From NCBI GenBank assembly GCA_964016885.1, contig OZ024746.1:44888001-44952000 (forward strand): a stretch of DNA of 64,000 nucleotides, given 5' to 3'. Numbering within the stretch: position 1 is the first letter of the stretch; each line of letters begins with the position of its first letter. Positions 23,662 through 36,627 of this stretch are shown one piece after another. The translations under genes and the position numbers were made by a program. Source of the DNA: Eledone cirrhosa (taxonomy: Eukaryota). The notes under the pieces were generated by a model. It saw only the letters and a list, made by a program, of their open reading frames with translations, was not told the DNA's origin and did not search any database.

Positions 23662-25501
23662 ATAGCGGACAAAAAAATTGTCCACAGGGAGGAACAGCGA
23701 GTTGTTCAGAGGGTGGAACAGCCATTTCCACCCAATCACAAGGCAAAGTAAAAATCAAGAGAAACAGCAGCAGCAGCGACAGCGACAGTGATAATGATAT
23801 CAGCAGCAGCTGTCCCTGGAACAGTAGTTGAAGTAGTGAAAATTATAACGAAAAATTTCCTGCGTTACAGAAATCAAACACCACTACCACCCCAATAACA
23901 ACAATAACAACAGCAACAACCACAAATAACCCAAAGAACAACAACTATAACAGCAGCAACACAGAGGAAAAAGAAACAAACAAAAACACCGGCGACGGCA
24001 ACAAAGACAAAACTAGTGACGTGCCAACACAACTCAAAACAAACACGTCTTTCGCGAAAGCGATCAACAAGTTTGAGCAAATAAACATCACTAACGAAGA
24101 GATAAAACAAGCAAAGCTCTTGGTAAAAAAAAACCGGACACAGAGTAAGACTCAGCTGAGATAATAAGAAACAAACTTTTGTGTTCGGTCAGTTATCGCA
24201 CGATCGGATCAAAATCCAGGCGAGTTGAACGGGCAACGAATTCACAGATCCAACGAACTATGGGTGTCGTCTGGGCATAGAAAACATATATAGCCCAGGG
24301 ATCGAGATATGGCACTGTGGAGGTGCTCTTAGCTACACCAGAGAAAACCAGAGCACACTCCATTGCACCACTCCTCAGCGACGAAATCACAATGATGCCC
24401 ACATATTGCGGCCAGAGAGTCGTGAGGGATCGAGTAGGCCAGGTTCCACCCTCAGTGGAGATGGCGTGGTTGACGTCAGCGGTCCTCGCTGACGTTGAAG
24501 ATTCAACAACCATACTCAACGTCATACAAATAAGACACTAAAATTGGACAGAGTCGGGGATGGAGCTAATCATCCAAGCAAACCACGAAAGCGTTGAGGC
24601 CATCCCCGATGTAATAGACCTGGACGACGGTAGCCATCTACCCGTGACTGTCGAAGGTAGGCACCCAAGGTGTCATGGATGCGGTGACAAGACGCACCTT
24701 AAGGCATTCTGCCCCAAAATTACCAAAAGAGGCACGCGCCCACCCCTTCTCCCCACGCCGTGCCCCGCAACTGGAGCAGACAAACAAACAAAGAACACAG
24801 TGGCAGAAGAGAAATCACCATCCCCAACAACAAAAACACCATCTCTTCTACCACCCACAAAACCAATGGAAAGCATACCCCTTCCTGATATAGCCAAATC
24901 GGACAACGAGTGCGATGAGGCTGAAGAGTAGAGAATTATTCCAACAAAAAAAAGGAAGAACTCCCTACCCTGATCCCCCCCCCAACAAAAAAGAGGAAGA
25001 AAGAACCTTAAAAAAAAGTAAATGAAAATTACCCCACCTCCTCCACCACCATCAACAGACACACACCCACAATCACATACACCATCTCCACCACCACCAA
25101 CACCACCACCACCCTTACCATCTACACCATCGTCAACTCCAACCACACGACAGCAAACACAGAAAACACAACACCCAAACAGCAGACACAATACACAGCC
25201 ATAGACACAGACAACACAAAGCTTTTAAATTACATTCAACACCACACCAACATCACAGAAACAAGCTACGTACAAACCACCAAAATCCCCCCCCCACACA
25301 CACACACACACAAACACATAAAAATAATAGAAATTACACAAAAAAAATTACATAACATTAAAAAAAATGTTCCCCACATCAATTGGAGACCACCGAGGGA
25401 ACATCACCAGAAGAATATTCACGGATATTCTCGTGGAGAAACCCACCAATGGAAGGAGGGATGGATCACCCACCCCCTTCTAAAAGAAGAGCCACAGGTA
25501 A
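23662..25501 (+). pseudogene. Tx1 ORF1 type B, disrupted
   Basis: Fragments ..PTYCGQRVVR.., ..VEGRHPRCHGCGDKTHLKAFC and ..RRIFTDILVE.. are homologous to type A. Start coordinate approximate. Confidence 0.8.
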
Positions 25502-25551
25502 TTTGTTTGTACCTCTCCCCTCTCAGTTGTTTAAATCCTATCTTAGCCAAC

Positions 25552-28500
25552 ATGGCTACTCTCAGAATAGGTAGCATAAATGTACGTAGCCTGGGGTCAT
25601 CTTGGAAGCAGAGAAACCTGCTGAACGATCTCAGGTCGCTAAACATAGATGTGACGGCCATCAGCGAGACCAGAATCTCCGAGGCACGGGCCTTCGCACC
25701 GATCTTCGGCGGCTACATTGTGTACGCATCTCCCAGCCATCCTGGATCGGGGGGATGAGTTGCTGTGCTTTTCCGGAGAGGTTTGGATCTCGCCATACGG
25801 GCCAACTTCCTGGTGCTAGACGTGACCAGCGGAGACGGGCAAGCTTTCAGGCTAGTGGCCGTCTATGACCCGACAGGAGCAGGGCGGCCTGATTTCTTCC
25901 GGCGTCTGGAGACCTTTCTTGAAACGTCCCGCTCATTAATGTTAGTGGGCGACTGGAACGGGATCTTAGATGCACGCTGGGACTGTGTGGGATAAGCGGA
26001 TAGGGGAGGAGGGTGCAAGAGTCTCACCAACCTGCTCAGGCCTGTTGAACTGTCTGACCGGTACCGATTAGATTTCCCGAATGTGCCAATGTGGACTTGG
26101 ACAAACCGCATAGGGTCATCCAGATCATATCTAGATAGAGTATGTTGTAGGGAAATAGATAGGTCTAGCATAGGCTGTCCACAATTCAAGATAGTAAGCT
26201 ACACGGACCAGAAATTCGTGATCTGTGTGGTTGACTTAGATAGGCTTCATAGACAAGGACCCGGCTACTGGAAGCTAAACCCTTCCTTACCAGCGCGCAA
26301 GGCCTACAGAGACCGGATTAGCGAAATAGTTAAGCTGGCGTTGACGGGGGCCATCGTCAACAACAAGTGGTGGTTTGCTCTGAAAAGAGCGATTAGAATA
26401 GAGTCCATTAGGTTTAGTAAGGCTTTAGCTATAGAGAAAAATAGAGCAGAGGGAGAACTAGTTAGAAAATTAGACGAGGCGCTTAGTAAAAGCATCGCTA
26501 CCGTCGTACTTGCGGCGAAATCGGCTCTTGACCAATTCTTCAATGCAAAGCACGAAGGCTGCGTTGTCAGACCTAGGGTGCGTGCTCTCAGACACGAGGG
26601 TACGAAAGCCGTTCAATGGGCCCGAGTGGCGGAGGCGCATCGTGGCAACAAAGCTACGATCCGGTTTTTTGATTGACCACGACGGGCGCATGCTACTCGA
26701 CCCCGGGAAAATGTGTGAAGCTTTGCAGCGACACTTTGCTCAGCTGTTCGGGGCCAGCAGCGTGCCGGATCGAGGAATGGACTTTAGTGCCTACCTGGAC
26801 GGACTGCCGCGGCTCTGCCGAAGGACTGTTGCGAAAAGCCGATAACAGCAGCTGAAGTACGGGAGGCAATGACTTGCTGCACAAGTGGTAAATCGCCTTG
26901 TTTGGATGGTATGTCCTATGAAATTTACGTACAGATGCCAGACTTGTTCGGAGGCCTCTTGGCGGACGTCTACTGCAACTGGCAACAGAACGGGAGAATT
27001 CCCAGCTCTGTGAGCCGAGGAGCGGTGGCGCTGCTGAGAAAGGATCCGAACAAGAGGGATAACATAGATAATTTCAGGCCCATAACTCTGCTAAACACAG
27101 AGTTCAAGATTTTGGCCAAGGTGCTAGCAAAGAGGTTGGCGCTTGTCGTTGGTGGTCTGGTGGGAGAGGTGCAGACATGCGTCATTCCCGACAGATCCAT
27201 CCACGACAACCTCCGCCTCATGCGATACATCGTGGAGAGGGTAGCTAGGGAACCTGGCACCGGTGGATCTTTGGTCAATTTAGATCAGTCGAAAGCTTTC
27301 TATAGGGTCAACAATCGTTACCTAGCGGCAGTCCTAAGGGCGGCTGGCTTTGGGCCCGTCTTTAGAGGCTCGATCGCTGCCATTCACAGCGACATCTGCT
27401 CTGTGGTGAGAGTGAGCGGTCACCTTTCGGAACCGTTCAACATCATGCGCTCGGTCCGCAAAGGATGTCCCCTCTCGTCTCTCTTGTACGTATTGACTCT
27501 CGAGCCATTACTGCACAAACTGGAGACGCTGAGGGGCGTCCCACGCGAAGTAGGATGCGGAAGATCCGGGTCAGCAAATGCGGATGATGTCACCGTAGTG
27601 CTGTCGAACGCCAAACACATCGAGAATACGAAGCGGTGACAGGAGCAATGATCAACCAGGAAAAGTCAGTGGGCTTGCAGCTCGGCACCTGGAGAGGCAG
27701 GTCCATGCCGTCCAACAGCGTCGTCGGACGCTGGGCTGACCGGTTAAATTGCTAGGGGACTGGTTCGGTCCGGACCTCCAGACGGACAAAAACTGGGACG
27801 AGGTGACGAGCAGGGTGGCTTCTCTCACCCAGAAATGGGCGGAGAGGAAGCTATCCCTGAAAGTTCAGCGGAGGTAGCTAACGCGTACATCGCGTCTGTC
27901 ATCTGCTACGCCTGACCGTCGTACATTGTCCTAAGCCCCGCCTGACTGCGCTGGAGCGTTTGCTCTTTCGCTTTTTGTGGAAGGGACGCGCTCCGATGGT
28001 CAGGCGGTCCATCTGCTGTCAACACCCGCTACGTGGAGAGTTGGGCAGTTCGTGACTGATGATGCGCAGACACGCGCTCAGGCTACGACATCTCCACCTC
28101 TTCCTCGAGGGTGATCAGGTCTGGTCGCCGTTTGCTAGACACGTATTTCCCTAGCTCGTTTCCTTGACGGAGCTGCAGTCCTGGGTAAATCGAAGACCGT
28201 GAGGGAGCGCCTGGAGACAGGAATGTCTTCAGGCTCTCACAGCCCTCGACCAATCGGGCAATGTGATCGGTGGAAACTCCACCTCGGCGTTCTATAGAGG
28301 ATTAGTGGAGGGGAAGAGCGACGACGTACGTGGGGAAACTCTAGGCGTCGACGAAAATCAACTAGCCAATCTCTTCGGAAGAACTTTCGAGCCGGGACCT
28401 ATGGACAACTTCCAGAAATCTCTGGCCTGGCAGTGCTACCGAGGAGCCTTGCCAGTTCGGGATAAACTCTACAGGCATGGAGGTGCCGTCAGCCGGGCAT

Positions 28501-28916
28501 GTCTGAGATGCGCGCAGGGCGACGAAACCGTCCTGCACGCACTCGTCCAGTGTCCGAAAATTTCTGACTTGTGGGTTTATGTCGAAGACCTGCTGTCGCG
28601 TGTAGGACGGATCCGGCTATCATCTGAGTCCATCGTCAGGATTGTCCCGCCCTCTTCCTTTAGCCGGGAAGGGCAGGCAGATTTTATATGTCTGGTGGCC
28701 ATGGCGAAAGAGATAGTATTGTAGACACGTTTGAAAGGGCTGAAGACGAGCACTTACCTCTTCGGTGATGCCCTGATTAACTTTTTCAAATTTCATTTGA
28801 AAAGGAAAATCAGGGTAGAGAGGGAAGAGCTCTCTTCCCAGCATTTTGTTGAAAGATGGGCGAGAAAAGCAAGAATGGCCCGAGTGAATGGGCCTACTCT
28901 GAGGACGTATCTGTAA
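25552..28916 (+). pseudogene. Tx1 ORF2, disrupted
   Basis: Runs from MATLRIGSIN.. to ..GPTLRTYL* in multiple frames. YADD reads NADD. Confidence 0.9.
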
Positions 28917-29164
28917 ATTAAAGGTGGAAAACTGGGAGAGGGCACTTGCCTTGGTGGTCAGTGTCACTGTGGCCTTTTACTGGGCTTTCTCCACAAATGT
29001 CCCTCCGAAGTCTCCCCCCTATTGGGGAATTTTTCATTGTTATTTTTTTGTTACATCCTCTGTTTTTGTTTTTTACACGCAGAAATGCCCATTTGTACCG
29101 TCATGTATTGCCCTGCACTCTCCTTAATGTCTACTTTATGTAAACCCTTGTGGTTAATAAAGAA

Positions 29165-29206
<42 letters not shown>

Positions 29207-29413
29207 GGCCACCTACGTAGTAAATCGTTTCATCGTGAGCTCCGCAAAGGTTTGTTATTTCCGTTTGTTAAAAATTGTCATTTATGGAAAATGTTATTGT
29301 TAACTGTTTATAAGCGCACATACATTGTTTTCCGAAAAGGACACCCAAAAAGATTGGGGCCTTGTGCCCAAAATTTAAACTTTTATTATTATCAAAAAAT
29401 TTCTTTGAAAAAA

Positions 29414-31408
29414 ATGGCTAATTCACCTCTGCAACAAGCAGCTGAAAGCCTTCCTCACAAATTAACACCTCACACCGACACCACCATTGTAAATGTTACT
29501 ACGTTTGCCAACACAAAAAAAATATAAGCAGTAGCAATATTTTAAATTTGTCTCAGGCAGACATTCATTTCCCGCCATTACCAATGACTGCAGGTCTTAA
29601 AGCCTCCACCACCACCACCACCGTGACAACCACCACCCCCACCACCACCGCGACAACAGAAACAAAAGAAGAAAAAAATAAATTAACTCGTGATGTCGAA
29701 ATGAAATCAAGCAAAATGGACTCTTCCCCACCAAAGACGACTGACGTCACCACCACCACAACTGAAACTAAAATTAATATTAACACAAATAACGATAGCA
29801 ACAACAACAACAACAATGACATTATAAAACCGACCCTCAGTTTCGCCATAGTAGCAAAACAGTTTGAAGCATTCACGGTAACTCAGGAGGATTTAGAAAA
29901 TGCCAAACAAATGGTAAAGAAAGATGGGTACAGGGTCAGCCTCACCCCCCCCCTATTAAAATGGAGCATCGGCGCCTATGCACCGTGTCGTATAGAACAA
30001 TAAATGTAAAATCGCGCCGAGTGGAACGGGCATCCGAGTCCCAAATCCAAAAAGCTTTGGGACATGTGTGGGCAAGAAAAACCCACATCAGACGTGGGCA
30101 AAAGTATGGAACCGTGGATGTGTTCTTTGAAACACCAGAGGAGGCTAGAGAACACTCCATGGCCCCATTGAAAAGTGACGACTTCACACTCGTCCCAAGC
30201 TATTGTGGCCAGAGACTCGTAAAGATCAGGGTGACCCACGTTCCACCGGCCATCGAAATTCCCTGGCTAATAGCGGCTGTCCTCGCCGGCATCGAAGCCA
30301 ACACGAAAATAATAGCAATAGCAAAAGAAAAGCATGAGAAGTGGTCCGGATCTGGGATGGAGCTCCTGATCCAAGCGGACCAAAAAAGCATTGAGGAGAT
30401 CCCAGAGGTAATAGACCTCACTGACGGCAGCTACCTCACGGTAATTGTCGAGGGCAGAAGACCTAGGTGTGTCGTTTGTGGTGAAGGAACCCACCTAAGG
30501 GCTTTCTGCCCTCAGGCTAAAAGGTTGAGGCCACCTCTCCTACCTACCCCAGTGACACAACCATCAACACCACCAGTAGCAGAGATGGCAGCAACAACTG
30601 TAGCAGCAACAACAGAAGCAACTATAACAGCAACAACCCCAGCAACAGTAGCAAAACCAACACCACTACCACCACCAGCAAAACCAACACCACCACCACC
30701 CAACGCTTCAGAACTAGCACCAGTGCCTACACCATCCACCACACCACAACCAAAACTAACGGCTGTGGAGGATTTTCCACTCCCCGGCCTATCACAACTG
30801 GAGACAGATTGTGACGACGAGGAGTGGGAAACGATATCCGGAAAAAAAGAAGAAACCAAAAAAGAAAAAATTCTCTTCCTTCCCCCTCCAAAAACAAAAT
30901 ACAGAGGGAAACAAATAAATTAAGAAACAAAAAAGTTAGGACAGATATGCCACCATCCACACCAGCATCACCAACCCCATCAACCCAAACACCAACACCA
31001 TCACCATCATTAACCCCAGCACCACCATCACCTACACCACAAAAGTCACCAAAATGCGAAACAGAAACAAACCCACAACAATGGCAAACAAAACAAAACA
31101 ACCAAAACGATACACACTACACAGCATTAAATTTGAACAACAAGCAATTATTACACTACATCCAACACAACACCAGCTTCACAGAAAAAGACTACACAAC
31201 AACCCCAAAATTCACACCACCTCCACACATACAAATCACTCGCATCACACAGAAAACGTACATGACACTAAAACAAAAATTCCCCAAAGACATCGGAGAC
31301 TTCGGACAAGCACTCTCCAGGAGGATTTATAAGGACATCCTTCCTGAGGAGGCCACAAGCAGTGAAAAGGATGGAAAAACCGTCCTTCCCCTACGAGAAG
31401 TAAGGTAA
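29414..31408 (+). pseudogene. Tx1 ORF1 type C, frameshifted mostly at homopolymer runs
   Basis: MANSPLQ.. start, VEGRRPRCVVCGEGTHLRAFC knuckle, ends ..PLREVR*. Confidence 0.82.
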
Positions 31409-31442
31409 GTGGTCTTTCCCATCTTTTCCACTCCTTTTCAAC

Positions 31443-34400
31443 ATGACCTCACTCAGAATAGGCAGCATAAATGCGCGTGGCTTGGGGTCGTCATGGAAGC
31501 AGGGCCACCTGCTCAACGACCTCAGGTCACTAAACATAGATGTAGTGGCCATCAGCGAGACCAAAATCTCCGAAGCACAGGCTTTCGCACCGATCTTCGG
31601 CGGCTACGATGTGAACGCATCTCCCAGCCGTCCGGGATCGGGGGGAGGAGTTGCTGTGCTTTTTCGGAGAGGTTTGGATCTTGCCATACGGGCCATCTTC
31701 CTGGACCCAGAAGGTAAGTTGTTGGTGCTGGACGTGACCAGCGGAGACGGGCAAGCTTTCAGGTTAGTGGCCGTCTATGCCCCGACAGGAGCAGGGGGGC
31801 CTGATTTCTTCCGGCGTCTGGAGACCTTTCTTGGAACGTCCCGCTCTTTAGTGTTAGTGGGCGACTGGAACGGGATCTTCGATGCACGCTGGGATTGTGT
31901 GGGATTAGTGGATAGGGAAGGAGGGTGCAAGAGTCTCACCAACCTGCTCAGACGTTTTGAACTGTCTGACAGGTACCGAATGGATTTCCCGAATGTACCA
32001 ATGTGGACTTGGACAAATCGGATAGGGTCATTCAGATCATATCTAGATAGAATATTTTGTAGGGAAATAGATAGGTCTAGCATAGGCTGTCCACAATTCA
32101 AGATAGTCAGCTACACGGACCACAAATTCGTGATCTGTGTGCTTGACTTAGATAGGCTTCATAGACGAGGACCAGGCTACTGGAAGCTAAACGCGTCCTT
32201 ACCAGCGCGCAAGGCCTACAGAGACCGGATTAGCGAACTAGTTAAGCGGCCTTGACGGGGGCCATCGTCAACAAGAAGTGGTGGTTTGCTCTGAAAAGAG
32301 CAATTAGAATAGAGTCCATTAGGTTTAGTAGGACTTTAGCAAAAGAGAAAAATAGAGCAGAGGGAGAATTAGTTAGAAAATTAGATGCGGCGCTTAGCAA
32401 AGGCATCGCGACCGACGTACTTGCGGCGAAATTGGCCCTTGACCAATTCTTCAATGCAAAGCACGAAGGCTGCGTTGTCAGAGCTAGGTTGCGTGCTCTC
32501 AGACACAAGGGGACGAAAGCCGTTCAATGGGCCCGAGTGGGGGAGGCGCGTCGTGGCAACAAAGCCACGATCCGGTCTTTGGTGGACCACGACGGGCGCA
32601 TGCTACTCGATCCCGGGCAAATGTGTGAAGCTTTTCAGCGACACTTCGCTCAACTGTTCGGGGGCAGCGGCGGGCCGGATCGAGGGATGGACTTTAGTGT
32701 CTACCTCGACGGACTGCCGCGGCTTTCGGCCACTGAGGCGGAGTGTTGCGAAAAGCCGATAACAACCGCTGAAGTACGGGATGCAATGACTAGTTGCACA
32801 AGGGGTAAATCGCCTGGTTTGGATGGTCTGCCCTATGAACTTTACGTACAAACTTTACGTACAAACTTTACGTACAAACTTGTTCGGAGGCCTCTTGGCG
32901 GACGTCTACTGCAACTGGCAACAGAACGGGAGAATTCCCAGCTCTGTGAGCCGAGGAGCGGTGGCGCTGCTGAGAAAGGATCCGAACAAGGGGGATAACA
33001 TAGATAATTTTAGGCCCATAACTCTGCTAAACACAGAGTTCAAGATTTTGGCCAAGGTGCTAGCAAAGAGGTTGGCGCTTGTCGTTGGTGGTCTGGTGGG
33101 AGAGGCACAGACATGCGCCATTCCCGACAGATCCATCCACGACAACCTCCACCTCATGCGATACATCGTAGAGAGGGTAGCTAGGGAACCTGGCACGGGT
33201 GGGTCTTTGATCAATTTAGATCAGTCGAAAGCCTTCGATAGGGTCGACCATCGTTACCTAGCGGCAGTCCTGAGGGCGGCTGGCTTTGGGCCCGTCTTCA
33301 GAGGCTGGATCGCTGCCATGCACAGCGACATCTGCTCTGTAGTGAGAGTGAAAGGTCACCTTTCGGAACCGTTCAACATCATGCGCTCGGTCCGCCAAGG
33401 ATGTCCCCTCTCGTCCCTATTGTACGTATTGACTCTCGAGCCATTACTGCACAAACTGGAGACGTTGAGGGGGGTCCCGCGCGAACTAGGATGCGGAAGA
33501 TCCGTGTCAGCATATGCCGACGATGTCACCGTAGTGGTGTCGAACGCCAAACACATCGAGGCGATCGGCACTACACTAAGAGAATACGAAGCGGTGACAG
33601 GAGCAATGATCAACCAGGAAAAGTCAGTGGGCCTGCAGCTCGGCACCTGGAGAGGCAGGTCCATGCCGTCCAACAGCGTCGTCGGGCGCTGGACGGACGG
33701 ACCGGTTAAATTGCTAGGGGTCTGGTTCAGTCCAGACCTCCAGACGGACAAAAACTGGGACGAGGTGACGAGCAGGGTGGCTTCTCTCACCCAGAAATGG
33801 GCCGAGAGGAAGCTATCCCTGAAAGGTCGAGCGGAGGTGGCGAATGCGTACATCGCATCCGTCATCTACTACCGCCTGACCGTCGTACCTTGTCCTAAGC
33901 CCCGCCTGACTGCGTTGGAGCGTTTGCTCTTTCGCTTCTTGTGGAAGGGACGCGCTCCGATGGTCAGGCGGTCCATCTGCTGTCAACACCCGCTACGTGG
34001 AGGGCTGGGCATGCCGTGGCTGATGATGCGCAGACACGCGCTCAGGCTACGACATCTCCACCTCTTCCTCGACGGTGATCAGGTGTGGTCGCCGTTTGCA
34101 AGACGCGTTTTTCCCCAGCTCGTCTCCTTGACGGAGCTGCAGTCCTGGGTCAAGCGAAGACCGAGAGGGAGCGCTTGGAGACTGGAATGTCTTCAGGCGC
34201 TCACAGCCCTCGACCAATCGGGCAATGTGATCGGTGGAAACTCCACCTTGGCGTTCTATAGGGGATTAGTGGGGGGGGGGAGCGACGACGTACTTGGAGA
34301 AACTCTAGGCGTCGACGAAAACCAACTAGCCAATCTCTTCGGAAGGACTTTCTATGGACAACTTCCAGAAATCCCTGGCCTGGCAGTGCTACCGAGGAGC

Positions 34401-34869
34401 TTTGCCAGTTCGGGATAAACTCTACAGGCATGGAGGTGCCGTCAGCCGGGCTTGTCCGAGATGCGAGCAGGGCGACGAAACCGTCCTGCACGCACTCGTC
34501 CAGTGTCCGAGCATTGCTGACTTGTGGGTTTATGTCGAACACCTGCTGTCACGTGTAGGACCTATCCAGCTATCAGCTGAGTCCATCGTGAGGATTGCCC
34601 CGCCCCCTTCCTTTAGCCGGGAAGGGCAGGCAGTTTTTATCTGTCTGGTGGCCATGGCGAAAGAGATAGTATGGTGGACACGTTTGAAAGGGCTGAAGAC
34701 GAGCACTTACCTCTTCGGTGATGCCCTGATTAACTTTTTCAAATTTCATTTGAAAAGGAAAATCAGGGTAGAGAGGGAAGTGCTCTCTTCCCAGCATTTT
34801 GTTGAAAGATGGGTGAGAGAAGCAAGTATGGCTCGAATGAATGGGCCTTCTCTGAGTATGTGTCTGTAA
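31443..34869 (+). pseudogene. Tx1 ORF2, frameshifts near 32250, 32850 and 34352
   Basis: Pieces 31443-32255, 32252-32998, 32823-34418 and 34354-34869 are collinear with copy 2 ORF2. Confidence 0.92.
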
Positions 34870-35115
34870 ATTAAAGGTGGAAAACTGGGAGAGGGCACTT
34901 GCCCTGGTGGTCAGGGCCACTGTGGTCTTTTAATGGGCTTTCTCCACAAATGTCCCTTGGAAGTCTCCCCCCTATTGGTGAATTTTTCTTTGTTATTTTA
35001 TTTCAACCTCTGTTTTTTTACACGCAGAAATGCCCATTTGTACCGTCCTGTATTGTCCTGTACTGTCCTTAATGTCTACTTTATGTGAACCCTTGTGGTT
35101 AATAAAGAAAACATT

Positions 35116-35154
<39 letters not shown>

Positions 35155-35798
35155 GCTGTTGTGCTATTTTATTTAGCTCTGTTCTGTTTCTCTATTGCCG
35201 GATTCAGGCCTTGAATCTAGGGCAATAGATGCTCTTATTGTGAACTCGTCTGAGAATGTGTGCTGTTCCTAGTATCCCGATCTTCTGTAGCTCATATTTG
35301 CTGATCTTGCAGAGCAAAATGCTAAGGTGCAGGTTTGAGGATTTGGGTGTTAATCCTAATGCTCCTATTACCACGGGGATAGCGTTTGTAGCCATCCTCC
35401 AAGGACTTCATACTTTTACTTAATAGCTGTTACGTTGTCTGCCACCTTGAAGATATTTAGGCTTTTGGTTATCCAAGAATCAGTAACCATGTCAAATGCC
35501 TTCTTGTAATCTATCCATCCCATGGCTAGACCGGTATGCCTCCTCTTGCAATTCCTTATTACCATCTTATCAATGATTAACTTGTCTTTTGTACCATGGG
35601 ACTTCTTTCGGCATCCTTTCTGTTTGTCCAGCAATAAGTTGTTTATGTGGAGGTGATAGTAGATTTTCTCAGACACAATGCTTGTTAGTAGATTCCACAT
35701 TACGTATAGATATGTGATAGGCTTATAGTTAGTAACCTCATACCCTTGATTTGGTCTTTCATGACCAGATCTGTGGTACCTTTTGTCAACCACTCTGG
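35155..35798 (-). mobile_element. R4/Dong-like remnant: family-A RT fragment (35400-35798) joined to an RLE 3' end (35155-35398)
   Basis: EWLTKGTT..NYKPIT..WIDYKKAFD matches 6840-7225. IPVVIGALG..LQKIGILGTAHILRRV is an RLE terminus. Confidence 0.82.
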
Positions 35799-35807
35799 TA
35801 TTATTAT

Positions 35808-35879
<72 letters not shown>

Positions 35880-35887
35880 CAGCAGTA
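35799..35887. repeat. (ATT)n then (AGT)n tract, right boundary of the array
   Basis: Directly visible. Confidence 0.95.
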
Positions 35888-36575
35888 GGTTTATGGAATT
35901 TTTCTTGGAAATATTCATTTCTAGGCAACGTAATAAATATCATCGCTCCTTGGGCCAGTATTGATTACCAATTTGTTAATTCCAATAATGATATTGTTTG
36001 TAATATCACAAGACTAAACTTACCGGATTCCATATGATAACTAATATCACTGATGTTAAATATATCAACGCAGATATGCATTCAGATCAGAAATATGAGA
36101 AAAATATAACAAACCATATTGTCTTTTACTGTGACTCATATTTATGAAACTCTAATGAATATTTACAATAACGTAAAACTAGTTAAAGAACACGTTTACG
36201 AGAAATATGATAAATAATATGTTTGTTTAAAGCTGTGCGAAACATGTTTATAATTGTTTTTATTTCATAAATGTTTTGCAATTCTTCTCTAGAAAATGAC
36301 ATCACTTTTTATTTGTCGCTTCTGTCATGCTGTACGCGTATCAGACACATACACTCACACACACACACACACACACACACGCCCCCCCACCCTCGCCCAT
36401 ATATTTATATATATATATATATTTATATCCGTATGTGGTTGACAGCCGAGAGAAAAAGTACTCAATACCGAAGTAAAATATTCAATATTGTTGTTGTCTC
36501 ATGTCGCTGTGATAATCAGGCGAAACTCTAGAGGAACAAGACTCACTATTCAGCCTTAATAACAATATAATAATA

Positions 36576-36627
<52 letters not shown>

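Larger units (their letters stand above)
23449..29165 (+). mobile_element. Tx1-clade LINE copy 3 (ORF1 type B), full length, degenerate
   Basis: Distinct 5'UTR/ORF1, with ORF2/3'UTR closely matching copies 1, 2 and 4. Many stops and frameshifts. (ATT)n flanks. Confidence 0.9.
29207..35112 (+). mobile_element. Tx1-clade LINE copy 4 (ORF1 type C), full length, frameshifted
   Basis: Third 5'UTR/ORF1 type with shared ORF2/3'UTR. (ATT)n at 29166-29206 and 35113-35154. Confidence 0.92.

Noticed and set aside
10303-35112. Interpretation as LTR elements or one segmental duplication
   Set aside because: There are no LTRs or integrase. Copies differ in ORF1 type and decay, and the Dong-like copies truncate at different points, which fits independent insertions.
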